Assembly (NCBI RefSeq): GCF_006345805.1
Contig: NC_043000.1
Coordinates: 44,454,001 to 44,518,000 of the forward strand
Length of the DNA: 64,000 bases
Direction of reading: 5' to 3'
Origin: Octopus sinensis
Lineage: Eukaryota
Part shown: positions 13,101-28,800 of the stretch, piece by piece
Layout: each line of letters begins with the position of its first letter
Position numbering within the stretch: position 1 is the first letter of the stretch
Position numbers and translations under genes: made by a program
The notes under the pieces: generated by a model
Seen by the model: the letters and a program-made list of their open reading frames with translations, nothing else
The model's database searches: none
Told to the model about the DNA's origin: nothing

Positions 13101-15118
13101 AGCTTTATCTTTTTTACTGATTCATACATTCATATACATATGATTACTCTAATTCGAACTTATATGCAATCGCCTACGCATCTGCTTATATTTATATGCA
13201 TACAATTTGTGTGCGTACATGTAAATTTCTATGTTTTCTGTGAGTGTAAATATTTGTGCTTGTAATATGTTTGTAGGTAGAAGAATTAGAGAGAAATATA
13301 GAACGATAATAAGAGAGATAAAAAGAGATTAAATGAGACACAGAGAGAGTGAGTGAGAGAGTTGTGCTAAAGTCTGGTAGCTGGTTAGTGTATATGTGTG
13401 TACATACGTACGAATATATATTAATGGTCCTGAATGTGATAATGTATATATGGACCTTTATGGATGTGAACAGAATACATTGTTTTAAAGAGGCATCATC
13501 TTTAAGCATTTAACAAGAAATACAAGTAACGCCTTGAAGTTATGTGTAATGCTTTATCTACTATACTGCATTATATAAATACAAATATCCAAGCTTTGCA
13601 CAAAATAGAAGAGCCTTATAATTATTTGAACTAACGCAGTTCCCTGAATGCTAAACTTCCAGGAAACTGCAGTTTCTTAATACGAGCAACTTCACTCTAA
13701 ACCAAGTCTTACCTAAGCTATCTGATGCACCGTCGTATCCAGATACGTTCTACAAATATGTGAACCGTGGAACACCTCAGAGACATGTATCTACACATAA
13801 AGAATGTCATGATATATATATAACACAACTGTCTGCACCTTTAATTTCTACTCTGTCGAACACTAAACAGTAAGAAAATCCCCTCATCCAACCAAAAGAC
13901 ATAATTTTACCTTAAATACTTAAGCCACAGCACACTACCACATACCTCATATTCTCTGCTATACATCATTCTTTTCTACGATGTTATCATTGTACCAACA
14001 CTACACAGAATTACCAAAGCTCCACCTCACTACTAAAACCTTACCACGTGAACATTTTCTTTCTGATGGTTAATAATGCACTACTAAATATCGTTGAATA
14101 ACCCCTTTTTATACATATTTTTGCATTAAAACAAACATTAATGTGTGTGAGTGTGTGTGAATGAGCGAGTGTGTGTGTGTATGTGTGTGTGTGTGTGCGT
14201 GTGTGTATCCGTGCATGTATATTTTTACATGTATCTTTGTATTAGAATTCACCCTAATATATATGCCACAGTATAGCACAGTAAACACACAGATGGATCA
14301 GCCTCTCCACAGCGACAGGGATTAACTGAAATTTTCAGGAACAATTACTAAAATGTGTCTCCTAAAGGGAATATCATGTTCCTATGAGATATTTAAAATT
14401 TTGTAACCACGTTTTATTTACTCAGATAGTACAAATGTATATATTTAGAATGCGAGGCAAGTTAAACTACATTAAATACCTTGAGCACTAATGAAATACA
14501 GGCACTTTCGTCTGTTATATAAAATAAACCATTTATGCTTCATTACGTATATCTCATCATTGTAATTATTATTCATGTCTATGTAATACACAATAGAATC
14601 GGCAAATTAACACCTGATACAATTTCTTGCATTTGAAACCCCCGAGAACTTATATTTACTTGGAAGCCGACAGCTAAGGCTTAGAAATGAATCATTGTTA
14701 TATATTATTAGTTCTGTTTCATAACAAACTTATATTCAGACCAACCATTGTGTATAGTGAAGGACAATTAATAGGAGTGTGTTTATTGAGGCGTCGTAAA
14801 GCCTAATATTGTAAGAACTGTTTGAGAGTATTAGCAACATTTATTAATAATATGACTTGCTCAAATCAAATGCACTGTGTTGTGCGTTTTACTGTTTAGA
14901 AAACCTTATTCGGATTCTTTTGATCATATTCTATCACATTTTATAACCAACCAGCAAGCCAATTAATTATTTCATTTATTAGTGATAAGCAGACAATGGA
15001 TGTAGCCTGTAACAAGAGAATTTAGCATATGAATGCGGCTTTAAGCAACGGGTTAGCAAATAAATAAATAATTTTGAGAAAATTTGTTGTAGACAAATTT
15101 GTTGTACAGTATGTGCTA

Positions 15119-15162
<44 letters not shown>

Positions 15163-18100
15163 GTGTGTGTGTCTGTGCGTGTGTGTGTGTATGTGTGTAT
15201 TCAATGAAATCCTGATACAAAAAGAAAAAAGGTGTGGCTGGCGTTACAGCAAAGCTGTAGTGCCAGCAAACATTATCATATGTCGCTTTTAACTTAGGGG
15301 GATCCTTACAGGCGTATTTATATACAGAAAATTAGATTTAGTGAAACTTGTATATTAACAGCATGAAAAAGGTGGATTATTTGTTATTATGGATGGCACC
15401 CAAGTTATGGAATTGGTTTTATAAATACATCATGTATATCTGAGGTTTACTATTTGTTTCCCAACTTCCATGCTTCGTATATGCTGGCAATTAGCTACAT
15501 ACATCTTACTATTCATATGATAATATCAAAATTACTTTATTTTCTACACATTAATTATTTTTATGCCGAAAAATATATGAGAAGTTGAATTAGTACAAGA
15601 ACCAGGTTTTGAATTTCAATACGAGTATTCCTAACTATGATAGAAGTATGCATATAGCATCTGATGGCAACTGCTAAAGTATCTAGTTGGTATTCAAATT
15701 TTTCTGTTTCTTCAAGTAATACGAGTAAGATGATGAAGTTTAAATTCTGTAGACTACTAATAGGTTTCATCAAATTTCCGTGTTATATTATGAGAAATAA
15801 AGCTAAACTACTGAAAGCGATATCAAGAATTATATTTTCACTAGAGTCACTGTCACTGGACTCAATCTCAAGCTTATGGATTAGATACTTAAGAGTCTGT
15901 GTTCGTTATTACTGCATTCTCGATCACCGAGAGAACTTATGCGAGGGTATTAAATGTTTTCTTCTAAATGAAGGAAATGGGTGTCATTATTTTGTATGTG
16001 CTGTAAAGTTTTGTTGGTATAGAAAGCATGACAACACAAATAGCCTTGATAGATTTCGATATTAAAAGCAATGCAGCGATTTTCAAATGATGACAACACG
16101 CTCAAGCAGCCCACTTTCTGTAGAATGGTATAAAGTAGAGCAAATACCTTGGATATCCATTATCAAGGATAACAGTAACAGCAGAGGAGGTATACAAAAG
16201 TTCCTGATGTAACTGGACACATCCAGATAAATGCAAGGCAGAAGGCAATTTGGAGTACCTAGAAATGGAAATTCATGGGTAATATCAAGGGAGAAAATGG
16301 GTGGTTCAACGAAAATAGTATCTTGTTTTAGATTTTGTGCTGCAGTGTATACCGGATGCGCTATGTCATCGACTTTTTACCGATGTATAAGTACGAGAAA
16401 ATATTCAAACTGTTGCCCTGTTTTTTCCCCATTACGTTGAAGAATGTTATACGAGCGTTCACTAGATCGTTTTCACGGAATCCGGGCACCAGAGATAGTG
16501 AAAGAAATTGCAACCTCAATATTGCATTTCTTGAAATTATGTGAATGAAAGTTATTGTTGAACTAGTTCCATAACAAATAACATTATAATCTATCTAATT
16601 CCCTGGTACATCTGCCAACTCTTCATCTTCGAATTAACTTACATTTATTAATTGATATTTAGGGTCAAAATTTATGCGACGAAAGAGACACACAATTTAG
16701 TCAAGCTGGTGTGGTTCCCCTCGATAGTATTGACGCTAACCGTAGTGCAGTGAATGACGAGGAATTTGTCTTGAGAATCTGATTTTCTTCATTATATATC
16801 TATAACTTACAATTTGAATGCAGTAAAGAGCTTTTACACATATAATGTCATCAGTGTACATTACGATCAAATATAAGTAAACTCTTCTATAAAATTTAGT
16901 CACCTTTTTCAAGACGAATATTGGAAGAAAGTTTGATCTACTTCATTTCTATAAATAAAATCTGCGGCTCTCATGTAAGTAGCTTCTGTAAAAAGTAGCA
17001 TTATCTTTCGACAAGTATGCTATTAGTCCATTTGAAAAACAATACAACAAATATGTATGAGCTGTTTTGTTTTCCTGCGGAAATGTCTAAATTTAATATC
17101 ACTACACTGGCATAGCAAAACACGAAAATAGGGTTAGGGAATTTTGTGTTTATTGTCTAATACAGCTGCATGGAAAATTAACAGTTGCATTATTCCAGCA
17201 TGCTCTGTCTGTTTATAAACCAATGAATTTATACATGTTTACTTATAGTTTGTTCAATTATGCACAACCGCCTCTTCCTAAAATACGTACGCTATATCAT
17301 TTTTAGATACTAGGAATGTATTTGTACAAACCTCATACTCACCAACACTAAAGTCAATTACAATATTTTGTTTGACACATTCGTATTTAGGTCTCTCTTT
17401 TTGTATCATTTAATTTCTTTTATGTGACACGATTTATCCTACCTATTTCTACTTCTACACCCATCAATAAATTATGCATTAGCAATCTCACATCTTGTAC
17501 ATATTGATAACGTATTCCATTGTTGTCACACATTTCATTTGTCAACTAATACTAAATATTTGGGCCCAAATAGAATACATAAGCTTTGTAATGCCAGAAT
17601 GGCAAAATATTTCGTGCAGTTGTTATCAGTCTCTCTGTGTAATTCAACATCACATACGTCATTGGCGGATTAATTACGATGTAAGAATTAGTACCATAAT
17701 GATATGAGTTCTAATCTTGAACGCAACTTATTCTTCTTTTATCTTTTGTGTTAGTAGCGGACATTTTATCTTCGTATTTCAAACAAATTATTAGTGAATT
17801 TGTCTGCGTGAGAAGCGGGTCTTATTGTTTCCTAGCAACACAGCATTTCCATTAACGGTAGATATAACGGTAGACTTAGAGGCGTTGCTTTTGAGTGTGA
17901 ACTTCGTATCTTCATATTATTCTTGATATTGTGTCTGACTAACATGTTGATTATAGAGTACAGCTCACCTTTTCATACATTTTCTATTTATTTGGTGGCA
18001 ACAGTTTAGAATTAGCTACATCATAATTTGGAGAGAAATTACAAATGCTAGGGAATGTTTTCTGAAGACTCATAATTCGAGATACACATTGATTGTTGGG

Positions 18101-20109
18101 AAGTATGTATAGAACTGCCAGTGGAATTAAATTCCAAAATTAGCTCACAATTTCGTATGGTTAAATGGGAATTATGTCTTCTGCTTGAAGCATTTCCAAA
18201 ACTGAAATTTAACCGCATGAACACAAATATTTCTCAGTGGCATCGAAAGCAATAATTACCATATTACTGTAAAATAAACCCGTGATAAGTGCCAAGAGTA
18301 ATATTTACTGCATTCTCGACTTCGTGAAAAAATACAATGTTACTATCTTACAAAACCAATATCAGCATATCACTTTCTGTAAATGCATTCAAAACACATA
18401 TTTCAGAAAATTGTATCCGTTCTCTTTAAGCATAAATATAAGTGGGACAAAATGTGTAAAATATAATAAGAGAAATTTGCCTCTTAAAGTTTCAAGAATT
18501 ACATTTCCAAACAGGCTCATATACATTAATATCCACCCTTTGTAATGAGAAAGATCAGGAATGCAATAACATTTTAAAGTCATCTTGGTCGAATATAAGA
18601 GGATCATAGAGAAATGAAACATGGTATGAAATTAACAAAGCTCAACTAAATCTGAAATCTCAGCATGAAATATTCTCAACTGTACATCAGTTGATTTTTC
18701 GGTCGTTGTTTAATTTTCTAAGGGGTTCTTATTTTAATGTCACATTCTATTCCGGTACATTATGGAGTTTTATATTGAAGTCATCTCTATTGCAACCTGT
18801 TTTATAGTCATATGTATGTAGATATATACATATTTATCTATATTTATATATACATATATTCATAAATACACACACACATACGCACATATATATGTTATGC
18901 ATATACACATATATACATACGCAGACAAGCATATAACTATAAATATATGTCCTAATTTACGACTTCATGAACTGAGGTATTGCATTTTAACTATTTGGTT
19001 ATAAAATTAATGATAGGTATGTAAAGAGATATGAACGTTTGAGATGTTCCTTTATAACTTGGTATACCATTAATTTGATCATTATTCCAATATTAACTGT
19101 TATTTGCCATGAAGATCTCCGAAAATATACGATCCACTAAATCGGATCGTTGAGAAAAAATATATTACTAGATAAAATTAAAATAGCAAATAAATAAATA
19201 TACACACACATTTCCAAATTGTTAATCACAAAATTTCTCAAATGCACGGGTATACTAAGACGAAAACATGCACTCACACATTGTTACTAGTTAATTTCTT
19301 AATAAGACAAAATGCATTATCACATACAAAAACAGAAATGCACGTCTTGAAACATAATCATTCTAATACATACAACTAGTTAGTTAAAAGAATTACAAGG
19401 CAATTTTGCTGCAGTTACCTTTCGTCTAACATTTCCTAATATAATATATTATGCAAATTTGAATCTGGATACTAAAATATTTAAAGGAATTATGATAAAT
19501 TTGATTTTGGTCAAATAACTATTTACTAATTACATGAGAGCTTGTATAGGATACTTAGTAACATGATTCAGAACTATTAAAGAGAACAAGTACATTTGGA
19601 ATATACTTTAACTTTAAAAAAGAGTGAGGAACTACTCATTATATATAATTTAAAAGATAATGTCATTCTTATTATCATAACTGATACAAAACGACACATA
19701 TTTTCCAATATTTATTGCAATTTTGTAAGCAACATATTTCATTTTTGATTATGAATGACTTAGACAAATAATTGAATTTTACCGTGCTTGAATTTTTAAT
19801 GCAATGAAATATTTAATGCAGTTATATTCTTTTAACTCATTTTACTTGTTCCAATTATCGGGCTGCAGTCATGCTCGGTCATTGTTTTTGCTCATTTAAG
19901 ACTTGTGCTTATTCTTTCAGCCTCCTTGTCGAATCACTGCAACACAAGGAAAGAGAGAACCGAACCAGTTGTCAAGTGGAGCATGGTACAAACACAGACA
20001 GAAATGCATACACTCACACACAGACACAGACACACACACACATATGCGATAGGCTCCAATACAGTCACAATCTACGAAATTTACTTAACATTTATTAATC
20101 AGTTCCACG

Positions 20110-20212
20110 TGTGGTAGACGACTCCTTTTCTAGGCACAGTGAGACTAAGGACAGGATCACGTGGTTGCATCGGGTATTTTTTAACCATAGAGCCACGCCT
20201 GTGTCTATATCC
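20110..20212 (-). mobile_element. Degenerate tRNA-derived SINE head (family D)
   Basis: Minus strand reads ggcgtggctctatggttaaaaa...caaccacgtgatcc...agtctcactg, a tRNA-like head. Confidence 0.45.
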
Positions 20213-20799
20213 ATGCCTTTGTCTTGACATGGAGCGTTATTCGATATGGTACAACCACCGCTCAGGATAAGCTAATATTTCACGAGGTAAAGACAACTCA
20301 TACACATTAACGCATGGTATAAACCAGGTTCACGATGTCAGATGTCTGTTAGCAAAATTCATATCTGCCGACATAGCGTATTTTGATTTATATATTTTGT
20401 CACAATGACAAATCAAACTGTTGCAAATATACATATCTAAAAGATGGTATGTTTCTCGTCTTTCATTCATTTATATAAAAAAGTGGTGGCAATCAGGAAT
20501 TATTTTGTGCACAGATGCCACATGTAATCATTTCTCTCTTTTAAGAAACACAGCTGCAGTATGATTAAGTGGTAGCCATATTTGCAACATTTCATTTTGT
20601 CTGCTTCCTTTAACATATATTTCAATGGTTACAGCAGTGTAATAGAAGCTAAGCATACAAAGAATCCACAATGTATATGCACGTTTTATAAACCATTTAA
20701 ATCAAACCTGTTTTGCATATTGTACGCAATATTTTCTTTACAGCAATTAATTACGATTAAATCTAGAATCAACCAGTATTACCACACACACAAACACAC

Positions 20800-20822
20800 A
20801 CACACACTCACATAGGTATTTA

Positions 20823-20873
<51 letters not shown>

Positions 20874-21016
20874 TAAATAGATAGATAGATAGATAGATAG
20901 ATACACACACATATATATATATATATAGATTTATATATACATACATATTATATATATATATATAGAGAGAGATAGATATAGATATATAGATATATATACA
21001 TATATATACACACATA

Positions 21017-21060
<44 letters not shown>

Positions 21061-21070
21061 AGATATATGC
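20800..21070. repeat. Compound (CA)/(TA)/(TAGA) microsatellite
   Basis: Directly visible; the overlapping IY-rich ORFs are artefacts. Confidence 0.95.
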
Positions 21071-21699
21071 GGTAATGTATACTGCTCATAACTGTGATCA
21101 AATTACACGTATCACTGGAGGTTTCAGGTACTGAAGTTGCAGGCAAGTTAGCTGCGGTGCCCCAGCAAGGCCGCAGCGCTAGAGCTAAAACTATTTAAAA
21201 AGCTAGAGTGATATTGATCTCAAAGACTGATATGTCAGAACATACTCATCCAGAAGCATTCACGCATTTATTACCTCCACCTCCATACATCAACGTTATA
21301 CTCTCACTCTCACTCAAGACTACACATCAGGTCTACAAGAGACAAAAGCAGTGTAAGGTTGATATCAACATCGCCATAAATACATGCTTTTCTCGTTCCC
21401 ATACTGAAAGCAGAGATGTTTCATGTTTGAAATATATCTTAAAAAAGATAGTCCAACTGTTCAATAACCGATCGGAGAATGAAATGCAGAACAAAATCAA
21501 GCATAATAAGACCTCCTTTAAAAGAATTCACAGACATTTTGAGAAAATTCGACCTTGATTTTCTTCAACGAATGTTTAATAACAACGACAGCAACAAAAA
21601 ACAAAGCCAATGCAACAGTAACTATCACTACATGACCTGCGGCCCTGTTCAGTCCTCAATTCTAGCGCAATGGGTCAGCTATTAAACTCTACATTCAAA

Positions 21700-22540
21700 A
21701 GCGTTTTACATTCCACGTTTTCTCTGTCCTGTCCAGTCATCATCATTGTTCTGATCATGTTTACAAATTTTTCTGTGCAACCTATTTTCGTTAGAATTAG
21801 CCACAGAGCATTTCGTTTAATATAATCGAATGCTTTTCTCAAATCAATAAAGCAATGGTAACGGGCAAGATTCTTTTCAATGGACTTCTCTTGCAATTGT
21901 CTGATAGTAAAGATACAATCAGTTGTACCCCTGGAGGAGCGAAAACCACACTGAGACTCAGACACCATATTTGGAACTGTGAAGGTATTTAAACGTTCTA
22001 ACAGAATGCGGGCAAGTACCTTTTCAACCACAGACAAAAGCAATATCCCACGAAAAATGCCATACAGATCCTTTGGACCCGATTCATACAAGAAGACTAA
22101 AATGGCATCAATCCAATTTCGAGGCACTTTCTCAGTGCTTCAAAAGAAACAAATTAATATATTTAATAGTTCAAGTATTTTGTCATCCCCATATTTCAAG
22201 ACCTCTGCACAGATTCCGTCAGACCCTGAAGACTTATTGTTATTCAGCTTATTCACAGCTAAACAAATACCATTTAGAGGTGGCTGAAATGTCATCTATT
22301 CTATAATTGGAACGTGTTCTATTTTTTCTATCATGTTCATGTCAGCAGGTGATGGTCTATTTAAAAGTGCAGGAAAATGTTCTACCCAGCTATAATGTAT
22401 AGAAGTGATGTCAGTAAAAAGCAAACGTCAATGTGCTATTCTCACTGGAGCTATTGAAGAAGATTTTGGGCCATGTACCTTCTTAACATAAGAGTACAAA
22501 TCATTGGCGTCATTTCTATCAGCTGCTTCTGGTGCCCCTG
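21700..22540 (-). mobile_element. RTE-BovB-like LINE fragment (pre-RT and N-terminal RT domains), pseudogenised
   Basis: KVHGPKS / NKSSGSDGICAEVLKYG / WIDAILVFLY...FRGILLLSVVEKVLARILLERL...ESQCGFRSSRGTTDCIFTIRQLQEK...FIDLRKAFD. Confidence 0.9.
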
Positions 22541-24629
22541 TTAGTCTATCATCCCAGCATCCCTGTTTAATTTTCCTTACAGCAGTCTGCACTTTCCCTT
22601 TCAGCCTTCCGTTAGCTTCGATTGCATCGGGTTCAATGACTGAGAAAGAATTGTATTGCCTAAGTTTTGTGTTTCAAAAACTACATCATGAATTTCAGCC
22701 TAGGTATCTGAGAACCAGTTACATTGCAAACAAATGAATTCATTGAAATCTATCTTCAACACGATTAAATTTGCATAAGCTAAATGTTAGTTGAATAATC
22801 CGATATTGATAATAGTGCAACGTACACTATAACCAAAATAAGAAAGAGTTCGTATTTACGTGTATCACAGACATTCAGTGCAGATCATACCGCTTTACAA
22901 GAAGATATATTTGGAACTGTAAGTTGTAGTGCATATACCGCTTTCATGCATGACATTTTTGTAATAACTGACCAGGAAATAGAACAATCACATGCATTAC
23001 TATAAAATTCATATCTTAAGGAACTGAGAAAATATATAACAATTTAGAGGAAAGTTGTGTTAAAATTTCTAAATGTTCGTTTATAACTTTTTTCACATTC
23101 TGGGGAATGTAAAAGCTACAGAATATGAACAGATGTTTCAAAATGTATTTCGCCATAATTTGGTTGACCCATCACAAAAGGTTTAAGAGAAAAGGAAATT
23201 TAAATGATTCTTACTAACAACAAATCCATTGGGATTAAACCTGAAGTAACATTCTAATTTGAAAATGTGTCTGAAAGAACGAAAGTAAATGGAATCTATT
23301 GATTGAATAGCAAAATATCTTAAAAGAAATGATAGATCATATAATAGTTTTTAATATGTCCTTGCGTTAAATCTCAAATGTTTCTTATATTAATACGTTT
23401 TCTTATCTTCAGTAATTTCCACGAAAATGTATGACTAGTCTACTAAATTTGATATAACTCTATTTTGTTACTTAGCTGATATATATAAAATCAACAAAAA
23501 TATTGAGCACCCGCACATTTCACTTGTTCATATAAATAGGTGCTATGAATAAGTGAAGCGATAATTGCGCAATTTCACATATACTCTACGAAGTAGATAT
23601 ATGCGCTTTCGCGTACAATAAAACAACGTGTAGCAATTAGGCTAACGCTCAATTTGGGTTCTGTCACAATATTTTAATTGTTTATAAAACTATCTGACAT
23701 TTCGAAAATCTATGAGAATCTATAGTACTTTGTACCCATAGCAATAAGTAACAGTATTTTATCCTACTATTAGTTACCTTGAAAATCCTGACCAAAATTA
23801 TATAGCTTTGAGCATACGAACGCTTGGAAAACATGAACAAAATTATATAGCTTTGAGCATACAAAAGCTTTCCTCCAACGTTTATTTCTCATGTAATAAG
23901 ATTTCGCTTGTCGAATAACCGTACCTCCACAAGGCAGCACACATACAGACATGCAAACATACATACATTCATACATGCATCCATGCATACATTCATGCAA
24001 ATATACATGCACACATACATATATACACGCATGTATAGATGTATTAGCTTATATACATGCATATACATATATATACATACATATATACAAATACATATAT
24101 ATATATTTATTTTCAAATTACACATCTTTTACTTTATATATATATATATGTGTGTGTGTATGTGTGTTATTTACATTTAAATCTTGATTATATTTTTAAA
24201 TCACCTCTTACTTTTTTGCATGTATGAATGAACTACACTGCCTTGGACACAGGTGTGATATTTGATCACTTTATAGCGTTTGGGTGTCGGTTTCGTGTCG
24301 GAATTGGAATAACGTATCTCATGGGCAGGTAGAAGCTCTTTAACCTTGGTTGGTAATCTACATCGAAGAAAGAAATCCCTGAAATAAAACCTGAGGCCTT
24401 GGAAGTTCTTAGTTTCGTCAATTTACATGTCACACCGGCAAACGTCTTATTGGGCCAATAGGTGGGGGTGGTGCAGTGCAAGCTGCATCCACTGAAACTT
24501 ATTCATCTGCACAGGTACTTCTTGTACACCAAATCTTAGTAAACTCATTGAATTGATTGGTTGGCAGAAACTTAAAATGCACTTGTAACTTACTCTAAAA
24601 TGTCTCAAACATATCCAATAGATAGCAAA

Positions 24630-25140
24630 AAACGGTTTTATGACGATCTAGCACACTTATTAAGGAAAGTACCAATTTCTGACAAGGTGGTCATATTGAG
24701 AGATTTCAACGCGAGAGATGGAAATGACTACGTTTCATGTCCTGTTTTAGGCCATGAAACATAGTATCTCTTTTGACGTTTTGAACTGAGAATAATCTGG
24801 TTGTTACCAGCACTTTGTTTAAGCAGAAAAATAAATACAAAACCACCTAGATGCACTCACGATCTAAAGACTGGCATCTCATACATTATATTTTGATGAG
24901 AAAACGTGATATGAAAGATGTTTCTAACGTTCGGGTCATGAGAGAAGCAGAGAGCTGGACTGGTCATCGCCTACTGCGTGAAAAAATAAATTTTTCGATA
25001 ATGCCTAAAAGTCCACAGTCTGGCCCTAAGGTACACAAAAAGATAAATGTTGTAAACTTATGTTGTAAAATTACCAAGGAAAGATTCCACCATGCTATAG
25101 AAAGTATCAATCTTGACCCAAACAATTTATGAGAATATTT
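24630..25140 (+). mobile_element. RTE-BovB-like AP-endonuclease fragment, pseudogenised
   Basis: YDDLAHLLRKVPISDKVVILRDFNAR / TSTLFKQKNKYKTT*MHSRSKDWHLIHYILMRKRDMKDV...WTGHRLL, matching the GDFNAR, T.W.HPRSK.WHLID and SDH-like APE motifs. Confidence 0.85.
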
Positions 25141-25393
25141 AAAAACAAATGCATTTCAGACTGCGATTTCGTCCATTCTGTAGCACTTGTATTCTTATTC
25201 GCCTACCTTGAAATATAATAGGAACTGTTTTCAGATTATTGCATTTCGGCTCGAAAATCATCCACAACCTTCCATCTCAAAAAAACCACAAGTGTTCCTG
25301 AAAATTTGTTTTTTTAATATTTACTACGGATTGATTGAAGCTAACTTTCTCCCTACGCTTCGATCCCTCGACATTACTCACACACACACACAC

Positions 25394-25439
<46 letters not shown>

Positions 25440-25450
25440 CAAATAAGCAA

Positions 25451-25492
25451 CAAGGATATCCAGAGGTAATGCATTACCTCTGGATATCCTTG
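25451..25492. repeat. Perfect 42-bp palindrome
   Basis: caaggatatccagaggtaatg|cattacctctggatatccttg. Confidence 0.95.
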
Positions 25493-25599
25493 CTGGTTAT
25501 TTTATTATAATCACCACATTTTGAATTATATGGATAATACCATACTAAATTCTGATGCCTTTAACTTAAGTACCGTATTCATCTAAATCTAAATTTTGC

Positions 25600-25822
<223 letters not shown>

Positions 25823-28800
25823 TTAAATAAGTTGAGTAAATAGAGCTAAATTATCCAGGCGGGAACTGTACTAGATCTCAAGTATATTCCAGATTACGTC
25901 TAAATCCATCAAGTAGTAATAAACTTCTGCGTTCGTGTAGTTTGAATACTCCCAGTGTAATTCTGATTGCTAACTCCTGGTTCACTTCTCTGGATTATGA
26001 ATATTATCAAAAGAATACTACGGTGACTGGTACATCTTCAAATTTTTCTTCTAGTTTTCTAGTTTGTCATACAACATTAGCTATGACATTTAATATCTAG
26101 AAATAATAATAATGTCGACCAGTTATGTAACAGTGATAATGGTGCCTCACACAGCACAGCTTCTGACATTGCTTAGTCCACAGATAAGGTATGTTCTAGC
26201 AAACTTACGAGTAGGAATGTTTCAATGTTAGTCACTCTATCTTTTTAAACGTGTCAGAGTAAAGGACCAAATATCATTTATTGTCTTACGATATCTGAAT
26301 ATGACTTGAAGGTGCCTGTTTACTTTTCTCAGTGGATCGTGAAAGTACGTGGAATTCTTTTGCGATCGTACGTAAATATGAATATGTTAGATAAATAAAT
26401 AATTTGAAATTAGCAATTTCGATATGCAAACGGAACACGGTAATTTCAATATATTTTAAATGCTTACTTTCATCTTGTGAATATTGCACATGTCTACAGA
26501 GAATGAAAGGGGTCAATAGTATTGATTGTGAGCGTAATGACTTTAGAATGTTTAGCACATCAGCAGTTCTTAAATTATCTCCATCTTTACATGAGCATTT
26601 AGAATCATTAAATTAGAAAATGTAGCATCTTATTTCAGTAATTTGAAACACATTAGCTAAATTAACTTTAACTACAAAACGAGATTGAATCACTGTTCCT
26701 AAATTAACATTCCAGCATGGGAACACATTTGTAAGGTTCAAGATGTTCAAGTGTGGAAATTAGTCTTTGTCCTGTTCTTCATTCATAATATGACATTGTC
26801 AAGCGCAAAACGTGGGAACATGATGTGGGTTGCTATTTTGACGTAACTGGAATTTAGCTCTTGCGTTCCATCCACTTTTTGATTAAAAGGAAACTATCTT
26901 AAAATGTATTACCAAGATTATGTGTGATAATCCGAATGTTTGTCATGAATACGAAATCTGCATTCACAAGATAAAAGATTAATTGCTAGATTGATAGACA
27001 CATGCATCTTATTCCATAAAAGGCATGAGTGTGTGGAATAAAGTGATAGAGAAAGTGTTTCATATTTTATTGTTTTGCTGGCTATAAATTTCTGTCAATG
27101 ATGCAAACCAATAATCAGATGCAATCTATGTGAGATTCTCTACTTGTTAGAAATATCAGCTAAATCTCCTTAAATCTTACCCAACCAAATATGACCCCGT
27201 TTGAAATAACTTTGAAATGAAGTATGCATATCAGCATGTTAATTTTCATACGTGGATCAAAATATCACCAAATGATGATATCATTGATTAAATATAATAT
27301 CAGGAAAACTATTAACATTGCAATAAAACATGCGAAAACAACAGTAGGGAACATCATGAAACTGACATTATACCTGAGTAACCGGCGTGTAAATTAAAAA
27401 GGCATTAAATCAGAATGACTCTCCTCAGACACAGCAAAATTCTATCTATGTTTTCATGTTAAGTCCAGGCTTCAACTTATTATGACTGACTAAATGTAAA
27501 ACATACATGCATTTTAATGAACGTAAAAATAATTTTTTTATATCGCATTTGAAGAAAAAAACTACGAAGAATGCCAGAAAAAACAACACAAACTTCCATT
27601 CTACAAATGTAGTGTAAATGTGGTTAATGAATACTAGCTTTCAGTTATAGTTATAGCCCCATATCAATACATATCCTGAGCGAACGAAACATAATCTATG
27701 TGGTAATGTGATTTGGAAATTTAGCAGGTAATTTTCCCTCGTACCATAACCTAATGTGTTAAAAACAGGAATATAATGAATATTCGAGGCTCATTATTTG
27801 TTTGTCTTTATTATGTATTTTCAACGATATACTCAAACGTTTGAAAGTATTCACTAAATATTTATTATTTTATTCGTTGGACAGAGGCCAACGTTGGAGC
27901 GCTAAGATGAAGGCTTTAAATTGATAAAATCAACAGGAGTACTCATCAATAGGTTAAAACTTTAGTAAAGGAGAAATCCGGTGAGCGTATTGCTTATTCA
28001 AAGACACATAGCAAAAGCGTTTAAACAAAATGTTACGCAAGTAATGGAAATTATATGATTACTAAACATATCATTATAAATCAATATACTTACGAACTTC
28101 TACTACTGTCTGCATGAGTCAAATACTTGATGCTTACTGTAAGAAACCTGTCCCGATATACGTAACTGATTATTGCTTGCATTTATCTACTAGCCTTGCC
28201 AATATACAAAAAATAGGATGGAACGTAAAGTGTGACACAAAAAAAAGACTAAAATAAAGCTCAAATGTTGTAATCCGTTTGAAAGGTGATCAGCCCAACA
28301 AGTCTTTCACGTTTGTCAACTTGGTGGATATATCATCTTAAATTCTTCAAAATTACACCCTACCATCTTACATAAATGAAGGTTACAAGGTCAAATGTAT
28401 TCCAAGATATCCCAGTGGCAGACAACTTAGATTAATTGTATCTCTTTTTATACCATAAATCTGCTGCACCAGAGTTGATTTCAATGATAGCGATTCACTA
28501 CTTTTGGAATCCTAAAATTATTCAACATATCAATCATGATATGCTAGTAAGCCTCCTTTCCTTATTAGGTAGTTCCTACGTTTTCCAAATAATATTGAAT
28601 ATGTCTCAAAACTCGTACAAATGAAATCATACAACAAACGAGTATTGTGTTCCGTAAATACAAAATGATATATCACGTCAACTGCAACGAATTAGCAAGA
28701 AAGCAATAAAATATATAACATATAAATATATCAGCATATCAGATTCTGTAGTCTGCTTTTAACTTGATATAGACTAAAATTGGCTTTTTATTTCAAAAGT

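Noticed and set aside
16845-16880. Extra CTGATGA hits (minus strand at ~16850 and ~2347)
   Set aside because: No stem II/GAAA context, so not hammerheads.
23793-23875. 45-bp-period two-copy repeat
   Set aside because: Ordinary local duplication with no further structure.
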